This document shows, piece by piece, positions 7,651-16,771 of a DNA stretch of 18,677 bases (positions are counted from its first letter, which is position 1; every line of letters begins with the position of its first letter). The translations under genes and the position numbers were made by a program. The notes below the pieces were generated by a model, which saw only the letters and a list, made by a program, of their open reading frames with translations, was not told the DNA's origin and searched no databases. The DNA comes from Candidatus Micrarchaeota archaeon (GTDB taxonomy: Archaea; Micrarchaeota; Micrarchaeia; Norongarragalinales; UBA8480), in assembly GCA_043805855.1 (NCBI GenBank), contig JAZDHP010000066.1, positions 1-18,677 of the forward strand, in the 5' to 3' direction.

Positions 7651-7706
7651 TTATACCCCTACATCTTTATAATGTTTTCGATTTTCCTTTAAATGTAGGG
7701 GTATAA
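7651..7706 (-). promoter_or_regulatory. Fic promoter bracketed by a perfect 14-bp inverted repeat
   Basis: TTATACCCCTACAT (7651-7664) and ATGTAGGGGTATAA (7693-7706). The 28-nt spacer carries minus-strand CGAAAA (BRE-like) and TTATAAAG (TATA, 22-29 nt before the ATG). Confidence 0.8.
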
Positions 7707-7721
7707 TATTGTTTGTAGTTA

Positions 7722-8807
7722 TTAAAACGCGTGCAGAAGCGCTGGGAAAAGCACAGCCGCTCCCAACGCTCCTTTGTTAACACTATTTGAGATGCAGGTT
7801 AAGCCAACTAAGCTACAAACTGCAAGGCAGGCTATTCCCACGACGCCGCTTGTTGCGAAAATGTAAGCGGTAACTAGTGCAAGTGCTCCGCCGAGAAACA
7901 GTTTATTCTCGTGAATTTTTGGCATTTTGTGTTCAAATTTAATTATGACAAACGCGGCAACCGCAGCGCAAACTAGACCAATTAGCAATAGTGTGGCTAT
8001 TTCTGTGAATGTAAAGAAATTGTTTTCAAGCATCTTTGCAGTTGCGCCTGAGCGTCCCTTGCGTATGAATTCAACTGCGGCAAAATCCGAGACCAGCCGA
8101 CTTCCGACAACTGCCGCGTTCAACGTTAGGAAATCTTCTTTTTTTCCAATTACGCCAAATGCGATGCTAGTGAGAAAAGCAGGGGTCATTGCTGGTAAAA
8201 AAGCAGAAGACATGCCAATGACGCTTCCAATTACTGTGTGTTTCCAAGAAATGTTTTTGTTTGTTAGCTCTAGCGCAGTTTTTTCTTGTTTTTCAAACAA
8301 CATTGGCACAGCGAATAATCCCGTCAACAAAATGAATAGACTATTTGAAATGTTTTTTTCCAACGTTATTACCCCGACTGCACCTGCAAGAAGTGAAATT
8401 GTAAGTGTTGAAAATTTATTCTCTTGCGTTACAATGAAACAAGTGAAAACCACCACTAGCAAAAAACCCGCAATTGGTTTTAAAATTGGTGCAATGAATC
8501 CAGCAGTCAGGGAATAAAATGGAAAAAACAAAATAGAAACAACCATGGCGGCTAGGCAGCTGTACAAAATTGGCTTTACGTTGTAATTTCCAATTGAAAG
8601 CACAGTGTTTTCACTTGCTAAGCCAAACGAGTTCGCAGCGAGTTCAAACGGTAGTCGGGTAAAGACAAGCGCTGCTGCAAATAGTCCAAAATTCGCGAAA
8701 TCAACGTTTTTGGTTAGTTCAACAATTGTATTCGCGTGTAAAAATGGAAGCAGTCCAGTTGGTCCCAGTAGAAAACCTAAGGCAGCGTCACTCAATTCGC
8801 CGTACAA
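7722..8807 (-). CDS. Polytopic membrane protein, archaeal DUF112/TctA-like (tripartite tricarboxylate transporter permease family)
   Basis: About 10-11 hydrophobic segments. Motifs TGLLPFLHANT, LLTGLFAVP, SAFLPAMTP and GRSGA. The TTG start is uncertain. Confidence 0.72.
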   Translation of the reverse strand: MYGELSDAALGFLLGPTGLLPFLHANTIVELTKNVDFANFGLFAAALVFTRLPFELAANSFGLASENTVLSIGNYNVKPILYSCLAAMVVSILFFPFYSLTAGFIAPILKPIAGFLLVVVFTCFIVTQENKFSTLTISLLAGAVGVITLEKNISNSLFILLTGLFAVPMLFEKQEKTALELTNKNISWKHTVIGSVIGMSSAFLPAMTPAFLTSIAFGVIGKKEDFLTLNAAVVGSRLVSDFAAVEFIRKGRSGATAKMLENNFFTFTEIATLLLIGLVCAAVAAFVIIKFEHKMPKIHENKLFLGGALALVTAYIFATSGVVGIACLAVCSLVGLTCISNSVNKGALGAAVLFPALLHAF

Positions 8808-9057
8808 TTATTCTTGTTTCGCCTCCTTTTTTTTCAATTGTTCCTGTAACTGTAACTTGGCCAATTACGCGCAAATTGTAAGTTTTTATGCAAACTTTTT
8901 TATCGCATAGTTGTGACCAAGTGCTGAAGCCATTTGTAGTTACTTGTTCGCCGACGTGTTGAACTGCAGTTTCCAACGGGTAAAATGGAGTTGTTGTTGG
9001 TAAAAAGTAAAGTGCAACCAATCCAGCTAGGCAAATTACAATCGTGAGCCAATTCAT
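8788..9057 (-). CDS. Small membrane-anchored protein with an OB-fold-like C-terminus
   Basis: N-terminal TM helix, then VGEQVTTNG and C-terminal VTVTGTIEKKGGETRIIVRRIE, typical of OB beta4-beta5. Overlaps the next gene by 20 nt. Confidence 0.65.
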   Translation of the reverse strand: MNWLTIVICLAGLVALYFLPTTTPFYPLETAVQHVGEQVTTNGFSTWSQLCDKKVCIKTYNLRVIGQVTVTGTIEKKGGETRIIVRRIE

Positions 9058-9170
9058 ATCCGAATTGTTGGTTTTGCGGGGTTATTTTAGAAATAGTGTA
9101 AAAAAGTGGACGTTTTTCCCACGGATAGTTTCATCTGGGTTAAAAAAACTTGCAGCTTTAATCTATATTC

Positions 9171-10166
9171 ATGTACTGGTCTTCAGCGTCAATTACGCGC
9201 ATTGTAGCGAATATGAACGAGTTGAAACAACGCTGTGCGATAAATTGCACGGAAGTGCAAAAAGCTTATGCTGATAAGAAAAAACCAATAATTTATGACA
9301 TTGCTCCAGTTAGTTTCGATGGCGTCGTCGCTGCGGTTGACTCTGGGTTTTCAACAAAGCAATTTGTCTCTCTCGACGTGATGCTTCTGCGTAGCACAGC
9401 GGCGGTTTTTACTTACAAGCAAAACGCCCTCGTGGCTAACGAGTATTTTCCAAGCAGGGTTCCAGGTGTTTCAGTTCACTGTGGTGTGTTTTCAGAACCA
9501 AGCGACTCACTATGCTTTCGCTCTCTCCTTCGGTTAAGTGCCGAGTTAAACTGCGCGCTGCAAACCGTAAAAATGTACTCGCCGCAAATGCTGCTAATTG
9601 ACGGCAGCTTGTTGCCATTGCCTAATGATAAACCGTCAAAGGAAAGCTCGCTTCACGAAATGTACGCCGAAGTTTTACAAGCGTATAACAACTTATTCGC
9701 AACTTGCAGCGAAATGAACTGTGCGCTTGTCGGAGTTGTAAAAGACTCCCGTAGCCAGCGTTTGTGCAATTTAATTGAACAAGAATTAAAACAAACGCTT
9801 CCAGTTAACAGCGACGAGTTTGTAACTGATTTACTTCTATCACGCAACCAGCGCTCGCTAGCGTTTCAAATAAATGAAGAAAACGCGGCGAATGTAAAAC
9901 TCAGCGACAAAATAAACGCGTTTTACATGAAAGCAGGCGACGCGCTGCCGTACCGCGTTGAATTTATAGGCGGTGAAGAAAAAGCCGATGAAATTGCAGC
10001 TAATTTATGTGCGTTGGGTTCTTCGCAGTTTGCCTATCCTTCAATTTTAATCGAAGTTGACATGCGTGCGGCGCTTACGCCCGGCGAAATTACAAGTGTG
10101 TTCAATTCTCTTGAAAGTGTAAACCGCGATTTAGTTTTACGTTCCAATTCTCGTCCATTCAGGTGA
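9171..10166 (+). CDS. nurA: NurA nuclease (DNA double-strand break resection)
   Basis: AAVDSG, AEL, LLIDGSL, GVVKDSRS, PYRVEF and YPSILIEVD; directly upstream of herA. Confidence 0.9.
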   Translation: MYWSSASITRIVANMNELKQRCAINCTEVQKAYADKKKPIIYDIAPVSFDGVVAAVDSGFSTKQFVSLDVMLLRSTAAVFTYKQNALVANEYFPSRVPGVSVHCGVFSEPSDSLCFRSLLRLSAELNCALQTVKMYSPQMLLIDGSLLPLPNDKPSKESSLHEMYAEVLQAYNNLFATCSEMNCALVGVVKDSRSQRLCNLIEQELKQTLPVNSDEFVTDLLLSRNQRSLAFQINEENAANVKLSDKINAFYMKAGDALPYRVEFIGGEEKADEIAANLCALGSSQFAYPSILIEVDMRAALTPGEITSVFNSLESVNRDLVLRSNSRPFR

Positions 10167-10174
10167 AAAATAAA

Positions 10175-11671
10175 ATGCAAGTTATGTTAGGCACAATTAT
10201 TTCCAACGAAGAAGGTCCTTCAACTCACGAGTTTAGTTTTGTGTTGAGCCCCGGGCAAGTTGCTGCAATTGGTCAACTTGTAAAAGTTCCAACACAAAGC
10301 GGTGAAATAATTGCGCTAGCGAAGAAAATCACGCGTCAAAACCGCTACTATCAATTCGCCGAGTCAATTTCTCAATATGCCAAGGAGTCCAAAACTTTTG
10401 ACGCTAGTTTTCCCGCGCGTGACTGGGAGTATATTGTAGTTTCGTGTTCAATTCTCGGCGTTTTCCAAAACCACCTTCTCCGCTGTTCTTTCCCTCCGTC
10501 GCCTGGAGATAGCGTTGCAGTTGTCGAAGATGAAACTGCAGCTAAAGTGCTCGGCGTTTCCCCAAACGGGCTCAATATTGGAACACTACTCGCCTCTAAC
10601 CTCCAGTGCAAAGTTGACCTCTCGCGATTATTGCAAAAGCACCTTGCTGTTTTGGGAATGAGCGGAAGCGGCAAGAGTCACCTAATGGCGGTTATAATTG
10701 AAGAACTCCTTTCGCGCGATAAAGAAAACGGCAGGCTAAGTGTCATAGTGCTTGACCCGCACGGCGACTACGCTTCTTTTGCCCATCCGGGAAACGCGTT
10801 TCACGATCGAACTCAAGTTATCAAAGGGGAAAACGTGAAAATATCAGTAACGCACTTATCGTCAATGTTGTTGAGTGAACTTGTTCCGTCGATTACTTCT
10901 CCAGCACGGCGCGAGTATAGTAAAATACTCGCTAAAGTTAAACGCGCTTGTGAGGCTGAGGGGAAACTTCTCACTCTTGATGAGTTGATTGTCGCAGCTG
11001 AAGAGAACACTCGCTCTAACTTGGCGGATGTGTTAAACGAAGTGAAGCACATTGGGCTGTTCGACGCGTTTGACGAACCGTCAATGAACTTCGCAAAACC
11101 CGGCCGTCTCACAATTTTTGACTTATCTAACACCAGTGCAAAAGTCAAGCAAGTAATTGCAGCGTTTTACGGCCGCAATTTATTCTCAATGCGTAAGCAA
11201 GGCAAAGTTCCCCCGTTTGTTTTAATTGCAGAAGAAGCACACGTGTTCGCGCGGGAAAAAGCAAAGAGCGAAAACGCAATTTCAAAACCAGTGATTGAAA
11301 GCATTGCCCGCGAGGGAAGAAAATTCGGCGCGTGTTTGTGTCTAGTTTCCCAGCGGCCAGTACAGCTAAGTACAACTGCGCTTTCTCAGTGTAATAGTTT
11401 CATCGTAATGCGCGTCACTAATCCTTATGATTTGCAGCATATTGGCGAGAGTTGTGAAGGTATCGACAAGAATACCCTCGACGCCATAACCTCGCTGCGC
11501 ACCGGCGAAGGGATTGTAATCGGTGAAGCGTTGAACTTCCCAGCGTTTGTCAAAGTGCGGCCTCGGGAGTTCAAAGGCGCAGCTTCAGCTAAGCTAGAGG
11601 ATATAGCAAAGGATTTTGAAACCCGCAGCGTAGCGATTAGCGAAAAAGACGCAGGGGCAGCTTTTCTATGA
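10175..11671 (+). CDS. herA: HerA helicase/ATPase (HAS barrel plus RecA-like domain)
   Basis: HLAVLGMSGSGKS (Walker A), DPHGDY, EEAH (Walker B), REGRKFG and SQRP. AGGTGA RBS at 10161-10166 favours ATG10175 over GTG10163. Confidence 0.95.
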   Translation: MQVMLGTIISNEEGPSTHEFSFVLSPGQVAAIGQLVKVPTQSGEIIALAKKITRQNRYYQFAESISQYAKESKTFDASFPARDWEYIVVSCSILGVFQNHLLRCSFPPSPGDSVAVVEDETAAKVLGVSPNGLNIGTLLASNLQCKVDLSRLLQKHLAVLGMSGSGKSHLMAVIIEELLSRDKENGRLSVIVLDPHGDYASFAHPGNAFHDRTQVIKGENVKISVTHLSSMLLSELVPSITSPARREYSKILAKVKRACEAEGKLLTLDELIVAAEENTRSNLADVLNEVKHIGLFDAFDEPSMNFAKPGRLTIFDLSNTSAKVKQVIAAFYGRNLFSMRKQGKVPPFVLIAEEAHVFAREKAKSENAISKPVIESIAREGRKFGACLCLVSQRPVQLSTTALSQCNSFIVMRVTNPYDLQHIGESCEGIDKNTLDAITSLRTGEGIVIGEALNFPAFVKVRPREFKGAASAKLEDIAKDFETRSVAISEKDAGAAFL

Positions 11672-12033
11672 ACTGGAATGCAAACGTCAGCGATAGTAGG
11701 CGCGGCAGCAGTAATAGTATAATGGAAGCGCCCACTCTAGAGCCGAGCTTTGAAACCTTTAACACTGCAACTGAAATTCTTATAATTGCGCATTTGCCGG
11801 GAGTTGTAAAAGAAGAAGTTAAACTCTCTGGCGACGAGAAATCACTCACTGTAAAAATCGTCGGGCCCAATGACAAAGAACAGCTTAGTAGGATGGGCTA
11901 CTACTCTCACGAAATAACGCGACTCTACGGCTTCTCAAAAACAATAGTATTCCCAGCGAAGGTAGACTTCTCACGGTGCAAAGCAACTTTCAAACACGGG
12001 GCACTCGAAGTAAGAATGCCGAAAATAAAGTAG
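11668..12033 (+). CDS. Hsp20/alpha-crystallin family small heat-shock protein
   Basis: IAHLPGVVKEEVKL, YGFSKTIVFP and KATFKHGALEVRMPK. ATGA overlap with the herA stop. Confidence 0.9.
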   Translation: MNWNANVSDSRRGSSNSIMEAPTLEPSFETFNTATEILIIAHLPGVVKEEVKLSGDEKSLTVKIVGPNDKEQLSRMGYYSHEITRLYGFSKTIVFPAKVDFSRCKATFKHGALEVRMPKIK

Positions 12034-12047
12034 ATAAAATTAGAAGC

Positions 12048-12536
12048 TCAAGAAAGACGCCACTCTGCGTCGCTGTACTTCTTAGTTTTGAATAACCGTT
12101 CTATTTCTTTTCTAATTTCCGCCACGTCGCCGTCGTTCAGTGGTTTGAACGTTGTGTAAAATTCCGGCTGTTCCTTTCGATCTGGTAAATACATTGATTG
12201 ATTGTAGCGTTGTACTTTTGCACTTTTAGCCCGGCCGTAAATGTGAATGTGAAAATAAGGGCCGTCTGGCTTGTTGACACTCCAGTTGCCCATATCTTGG
12301 TAGTTAACCCGGCCGACGTCAACTCCGCGTTTATTCATTGCCGTCGCCATAGCTTCACCAACAACTAACGTGAGCCGCATACACTCTATTGCTAATTTTG
12401 GACTCAGCGCCTGGCGGTTAACGATTCTTACTTTTGGGCAAATCTTGATATGCCCTCCTTCGTTTCGGTCAATATGTGGAGTTGGTTTTTCAAACGATTC
12501 AACAATGAAGTTTTCAGTTTCGTAAATAAATGCCAT
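12048..12536 (-). CDS. HIT-family protein with a variant triad (YFHIHIY)
   Basis: IYETENF...PH...GGHIKICPK N-terminus and PYFHIHIYGR. TATA-like TATAA about 25-30 nt upstream. Confidence 0.82.
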   Translation of the reverse strand: MAFIYETENFIVESFEKPTPHIDRNEGGHIKICPKVRIVNRQALSPKLAIECMRLTLVVGEAMATAMNKRGVDVGRVNYQDMGNWSVNKPDGPYFHIHIYGRAKSAKVQRYNQSMYLPDRKEQPEFYTTFKPLNDGDVAEIRKEIERLFKTKKYSDAEWRLS

Positions 12537-12578
12537 GAAAAAATTAAGCAGTTAAAATATTATATGCTTCGCTAATGG

Positions 12579-12650
12579 AAAATAAAACAAAAGAAGAAGA
12601 GAAAAAAGAAATAAAAAAATAAAAAGAAAAAAGGGAAGAACAAACATTTT
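12579..12650 (-). terminator. Long U-rich terminator-like tract after the DUF4870-like gene
   Basis: About 70 nt of repeated T runs on the minus strand (A-rich on +). Confidence 0.6.
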
Positions 12651-13049
12651 CTATTTGTTTGCTTGTTCTTCTGCGAAGTTTCCAATTACTGGAAGTTTGA
12701 ACTTCTCGCCACTGTAAGCCTTCCATATACAGAACGCCCAGATTACAAGTTCAATTAATATCCATACTCCGCTGACCAATATGCTAATAATGGTACCAAC
12801 GATTGGTATAGCCAAACCGAGCACAGAAGAAATTATTCCTAAAAGTATTCCAATTACAAAAAGCACTATGCCTAGTATAATAGATTGCCACGCGTGGAAC
12901 TTTGCGTATTTGTCTTCTGGCTTCATTAATAGAACTGCTATACCTGTTAAGGTAAACAGAACATAAGCCAGTGCTCCATACGTGTTGCTGTCGCTTGAGC
13001 CCGAAGCTGCCATTTTATTACTACCACCTTTTTTGTTTTGTACTGCCAT
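12651..13049 (-). CDS. DUF4870/Tic20-like small membrane protein
   Basis: GALAYVL...FHAWQSI...WKAYSGEKFKLPVIG.FAE; 3 TM segments. Alternative start ATG13013, preceded by AGGTGG. Confidence 0.88.
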   Translation of the reverse strand: MAVQNKKGGSNKMAASGSSDSNTYGALAYVLFTLTGIAVLLMKPEDKYAKFHAWQSIILGIVLFVIGILLGIISSVLGLAIPIVGTIISILVSGVWILIELVIWAFCIWKAYSGEKFKLPVIGNFAEEQANK

Positions 13050-13128
13050 ATTTTATTTCACACACCCTCTTTACACAAGAGGTGAAATAGTCACACTTGC
13101 GACATTTTTATACCTGCCGGCGAGCTAG

Positions 13129-13160
13129 AAAAAAAGTAGCGACGATAGCTGGGGGGCTAT
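13129..13160 (-). terminator. Probable terminator of the copper cluster
   Basis: On the minus strand, a short ATAGC..GCTAT stem followed by a T8 run about 45 nt after the stop at 13181. Confidence 0.45.
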
Positions 13161-13180
13161 GGGTGATTTGGCAAAAAGGA

Positions 13181-13717
13181 TTAGCCGCCACATCCACAAC
13201 CGCCGCTTGAACCGCAACTGTTAGCAATTGGTGGCGATGCGATGTTCGTAGGGACGTTGCCGTTCGCGTCTTCGACTTCAATTTTTCCATTTCCCATTCC
13301 CATGGGGCACGAAATGCGGAACGTTCCAGCTTTATCTGCGGTGAATTCAATTACGTTGTCTCCTGGGGAAATGCGTTTTCTCACTCCAAAGTCAGGAGCA
13401 ACTATTGTAGTCATACAGCCGCGAAGTGTATTTGTGTCAGCTTCAATGCGCACCTTGTCTCCAAGTTTCACGCGGAGAACTTGCGGGGAGTATGCGGCGC
13501 CATCGAAACTCAACTGGAATGTTTTCACGTTGCCAGTTGCTGAACTAGCTTGCGGTTTAATTTCTGAACTTAATTTAGAACCAGCTCCAACCACTGCGCC
13601 TGTTAGACTTTGAGTCGTCGTTGTTGATGTAGGAGATCCGGATGTGAATTGCATAGCCAGCATGCCAAATATTGCTATTACTGCAATGGCAAGCGCCGCG
13701 AACACTTTATTTTTCAT
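13181..13717 (-). CDS. Membrane-anchored or secreted CupA-like cupredoxin with a Cys/Gly tail
   Basis: Signal/anchor, S/T linker, YSPQVLRVKLGDKV, GC, FTADKAGTFRISCPMGM, and tail SCGSSGGCGCGG. AGGTGA RBS. Confidence 0.88.
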   Translation of the reverse strand: MKNKVFAALAIAVIAIFGMLAMQFTSGSPTSTTTTQSLTGAVVGAGSKLSSEIKPQASSATGNVKTFQLSFDGAAYSPQVLRVKLGDKVRIEADTNTLRGCMTTIVAPDFGVRKRISPGDNVIEFTADKAGTFRISCPMGMGNGKIEVEDANGNVPTNIASPPIANSCGSSGGCGCGG

Positions 13718-13761
13718 TTTTTCACCTTTTCATTTTGCCTTTACTTTTTTATTTCATTCTT

Positions 13762-14556
13762 TCATTTCATTTGGGATTCTTGCAATGGAATAAACTGCAT
13801 TATGTCCATACTTGAGTTAGTTTGCTTGAGCACGCCTACCACGATAAAATTCTTATCTAGGTAATTTCTCATTAAATCTCCAATCGCAACAAATTCTTTC
13901 TCTTCGCGCATTTTCTGAGCTTCTTGTGATCCAATAACAATTGGATAATACGTGCCATTTCCTAAGTTGTGTAACGAGTAGCCATTCATGTTGCCTTCCT
14001 CGAGTTTAAACTGAGGCGGAAGCTCGTCTCCTGGGTTCAAAACATATAACAATTCGGGCAATCCCTTGAATGTTTTTGCGAATACGCGGTCAGATGACGC
14101 GTTCACTGCTTCGAATGCATTTTTTCCAAGAAAGTGAATTTCATCAACTGGGCTTGACGTCTTTTCCAACACGCCAGCAATGGTGGTGCGGTTTAATCCG
14201 AAGAAATTGTTAAGTGAATCGCCAGGTTTTGTAAATAACTTCTCTCTTTGCATTTCTTTCGCTTCGTTGAAGCCAATTACTATTGCATCGTCTTCTGTAA
14301 AGGTGCTTCCTTCAAGTGCAGTAAGTTTTGCAAGTGCGCTATTCTTCACGTAGGCGAAGAGCTTCATGGAGTCATTGGAGGAAAACGCCACTTTGAATTG
14401 CGCTCCGTCAAAGAATGACGAATCTAACTGGTTAGATTCCATTGTGTTCTTTGGGCCAAATGCCAAGTAGGCTGCGGAAACGCCTATCATAAAAAGCAAC
14501 GCAAATAGTATTGCTTTTTTGTTTTCATTTATAAAATTGTTTAATACTTTCATCAT
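13762..14556 (-). CDS. Membrane-anchored protein with two internal MacB-periplasmic-core-like repeats
   Basis: One TM helix, then two copies of IVIG.xEA..M.xEK.F...GD...N.......GVL..T.S..D...F. Confidence 0.75.
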   Translation of the reverse strand: MMKVLNNFINENKKAILFALLFMIGVSAAYLAFGPKNTMESNQLDSSFFDGAQFKVAFSSNDSMKLFAYVKNSALAKLTALEGSTFTEDDAIVIGFNEAKEMQREKLFTKPGDSLNNFFGLNRTTIAGVLEKTSSPVDEIHFLGKNAFEAVNASSDRVFAKTFKGLPELLYVLNPGDELPPQFKLEEGNMNGYSLHNLGNGTYYPIVIGSQEAQKMREEKEFVAIGDLMRNYLDKNFIVVGVLKQTNSSMDIMQFIPLQESQMK

Positions 14557-14577
14557 TATTCATCTCCTTAAATTTAC

Positions 14578-16734
14578 TTAGTGAAGTTTAACCCACTTTA
14601 GTGTAAGTGCGTTTAATACGACGGAGACGCTTGAGAGCGCCATTGCTCCTCCGGCTAAAATTGGAGAAAGGAGAATGCCGTAAGTTGGGTACAAGAGTCC
14701 AGCGGCAATTGGAATGCCAAGCGCGTTGTATACGAGAGCCCAGAACATGTTTTGTTTAATTTTGCTAATTGTTGCGCGTCCTAGTTTAATCGCTCTTGGA
14801 ACGTCCATTGGGTCGCTTCGCATTAACACTACAGATCCAGTTTCCATTGCAACGTCGGTTCCTGAACCCATGGCAATACCTATATCCGCTTGGGCAAGTG
14901 CAGGTGCGTCGTTGATGCCGTCGCCCACCATGACTACTTTGTATCCTTTCTCCTGTAGTTGCTTGACGTATGTTGCCTTATCCTCTGGGAGAACCTCTGA
15001 AAACACATTTGGAATACCTGCTTGTTTAGCAATCGCCTTTGCTGTGCACTCGTTATCGCCGGTAATCATCCACGTTTCAATACCTAGCTTCGCAAGCTCT
15101 TGTACCGCCTCCACGCTTGATTCGCGAATAGTATCCGCAACTCCAATAATTGCAAGAAGCTTGCCATTGACCTTGAGAATCATTGTGGTCTTTCCCTCTT
15201 CTTGCAAACGTACAATAATAGGAGAAATATTTTCATTTGATTTTGACGAGAAGTCCGGTTTACCTAAACTCACCTTTTTTCCCTCGATAGACGCTTCTAC
15301 TCCAAATCCAGGAACAGCTTTGAAATTCTTGACTTTCTTAAGCGCCGCGTTTTTCGATTTTGCGTATTCGACAATGGAATCAGCAAGAGGATGTTCAGAA
15401 CTTTTTTCAATTGCGTAAGCGTATTCAAGCAACTGCTTAGCTTTTCCGGAAATTACAATAAAGTCCGTTACTTTTGGCTTTCCTTCTGTAATTGTGCCAG
15501 TTTTGTCGAATACAACTGCGCGTACTTTATGCATCATTTCAAGACTTTCTGCATTTTTGATTAGAATGCCACGCTGTGCACCGATGCCGGTTCCAACCAT
15601 AATTGCAGTTGGCGTTGCAAGTCCAAGCGCACAAGGACAGGCAATGACTAGCACGGCTACTGCTACCATTAATGCAAATGAGAACGATTGCCCGAGAACA
15701 AAGAACCACGCTAGGAATGTGATAACTGCAATTCCGATGACTATTGGTACAAATATCGAGCTAATGTAATCCGCGAAACGCTGTATATCTGCTTTACTTC
15801 CCTGCGCTTCTTCAACAAGGCGCACAATTTGAGAAAGTACTGTGTCCTTGCCAACTTTTGTTGCTTTGAACGTGAGCGTTCCGTGTTTGTTAATTGTGCC
15901 GCCAATAACTGAAGCGCCCTTAAACTTTTCAATGGGAATACTTTCTCCAGTTATCATACTTTCATCAACTGAAGAGCGTCCATCCACTACGACGCCGTCA
16001 ACTGGAATTTTTTCGCCAGGCTTAACGAGAATAAAATCTCCTGCAATCACTTGCTCTAGCGGTATTTCTATTTCCTTGCCTTTGCGAATAACTAGCGCAG
16101 TCTTAGGCGCGAGGCCCATTAGCTTTCGGATAGCATCGCTTGTGCGTCCCTTTGCAACTGCTTCAAGATATTTTCCAACTATTACTAAGGTAATCAACAC
16201 CGCTGCTGTTTCAAAATATTGTTCTTGAACTAGTCCGAACATTGCGGCGACACTGTAAAAGTAAGCTGCGCTTGTTCCAACTGCGATGAGCGTGTCCATA
16301 TTTGCGCTTTTGTTTTTCAACGCGCTCCATGCGCCGAGGTAAAAGTTCTTCCCTATTATAAATTGAACTGGAGTAGCGAGGAGAAAGAGTAACAGCATGC
16401 GGTAAGGAATGTCCATGAAAACCATTCCAATAAGTAGCGCGGGAATTGACAAAGCTGCGCCAGCAATAATGAGTATTTTGAGTGTTGTGATTTCCTTTGC
16501 TCTTATTTCCTTTTCAGCGTTAGCGTCCACACCAACGCGTGCGCTATACCCTGCTCTTTTCACTGCTGCGAGAAGTGCTTCTTCTTTTACAGAATCATCA
16601 CTTTCGACTAATCCCTTTCCCGAAGCGTAGTTCACATTCGCGTTTTTTACTCCTGGAACCTTTTGCAGCGAACGTGCAATGAGTACAGAGCACGAGGCAC
16701 AGTGCATTCCTCCAATAGTTAATTCAGTTTTCAT
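14578..16734 (-). CDS. copA: Cu(I)-translocating P1B-1 ATPase
   Basis: N-terminal metal-binding [43 protein letters not shown] in TM7 and MALSS in TM8. Confidence 0.97.
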   Translation of the reverse strand: MKTELTIGGMHCASCSVLIARSLQKVPGVKNANVNYASGKGLVESDDSVKEEALLAAVKRAGYSARVGVDANAEKEIRAKEITTLKILIIAGAALSIPALLIGMVFMDIPYRMLLLFLLATPVQFIIGKNFYLGAWSALKNKSANMDTLIAVGTSAAYFYSVAAMFGLVQEQYFETAAVLITLVIVGKYLEAVAKGRTSDAIRKLMGLAPKTALVIRKGKEIEIPLEQVIAGDFILVKPGEKIPVDGVVVDGRSSVDESMITGESIPIEKFKGASVIGGTINKHGTLTFKATKVGKDTVLSQIVRLVEEAQGSKADIQRFADYISSIFVPIVIGIAVITFLAWFFVLGQSFSFALMVAVAVLVIACPCALGLATPTAIMVGTGIGAQRGILIKNAESLEMMHKVRAVVFDKTGTITEGKPKVTDFIVISGKAKQLLEYAYAIEKSSEHPLADSIVEYAKSKNAALKKVKNFKAVPGFGVEASIEGKKVSLGKPDFSSKSNENISPIIVRLQEEGKTTMILKVNGKLLAIIGVADTIRESSVEAVQELAKLGIETWMITGDNECTAKAIAKQAGIPNVFSEVLPEDKATYVKQLQEKGYKVVMVGDGINDAPALAQADIGIAMGSGTDVAMETGSVVLMRSDPMDVPRAIKLGRATISKIKQNMFWALVYNALGIPIAAGLLYPTYGILLSPILAGGAMALSSVSVVLNALTLKWVKLH

Positions 16735-16771
16735 GTTTTCAACCCTCTAATCGTTAATTTGGCGTTCATGT

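Noticed and set aside
7651..7706. MITE or IS terminal inverted repeats
   Set aside because: Only 56 bp, no flanking target-site duplication seen, and the position fits a promoter operator.
7927..8910. + strand ORFs of 196 and 101 aa
   Set aside because: Antisense shadows of the membrane protein genes.
12544..12726. 60-aa ORF with a Phe/Ser-rich tail
   Set aside because: An artefact of reading through the U-rich terminator tract.
14714..16630. Long + strand ORFs (234, 91, 128 and 73 aa)
   Set aside because: Antisense shadows of copA with no motifs.
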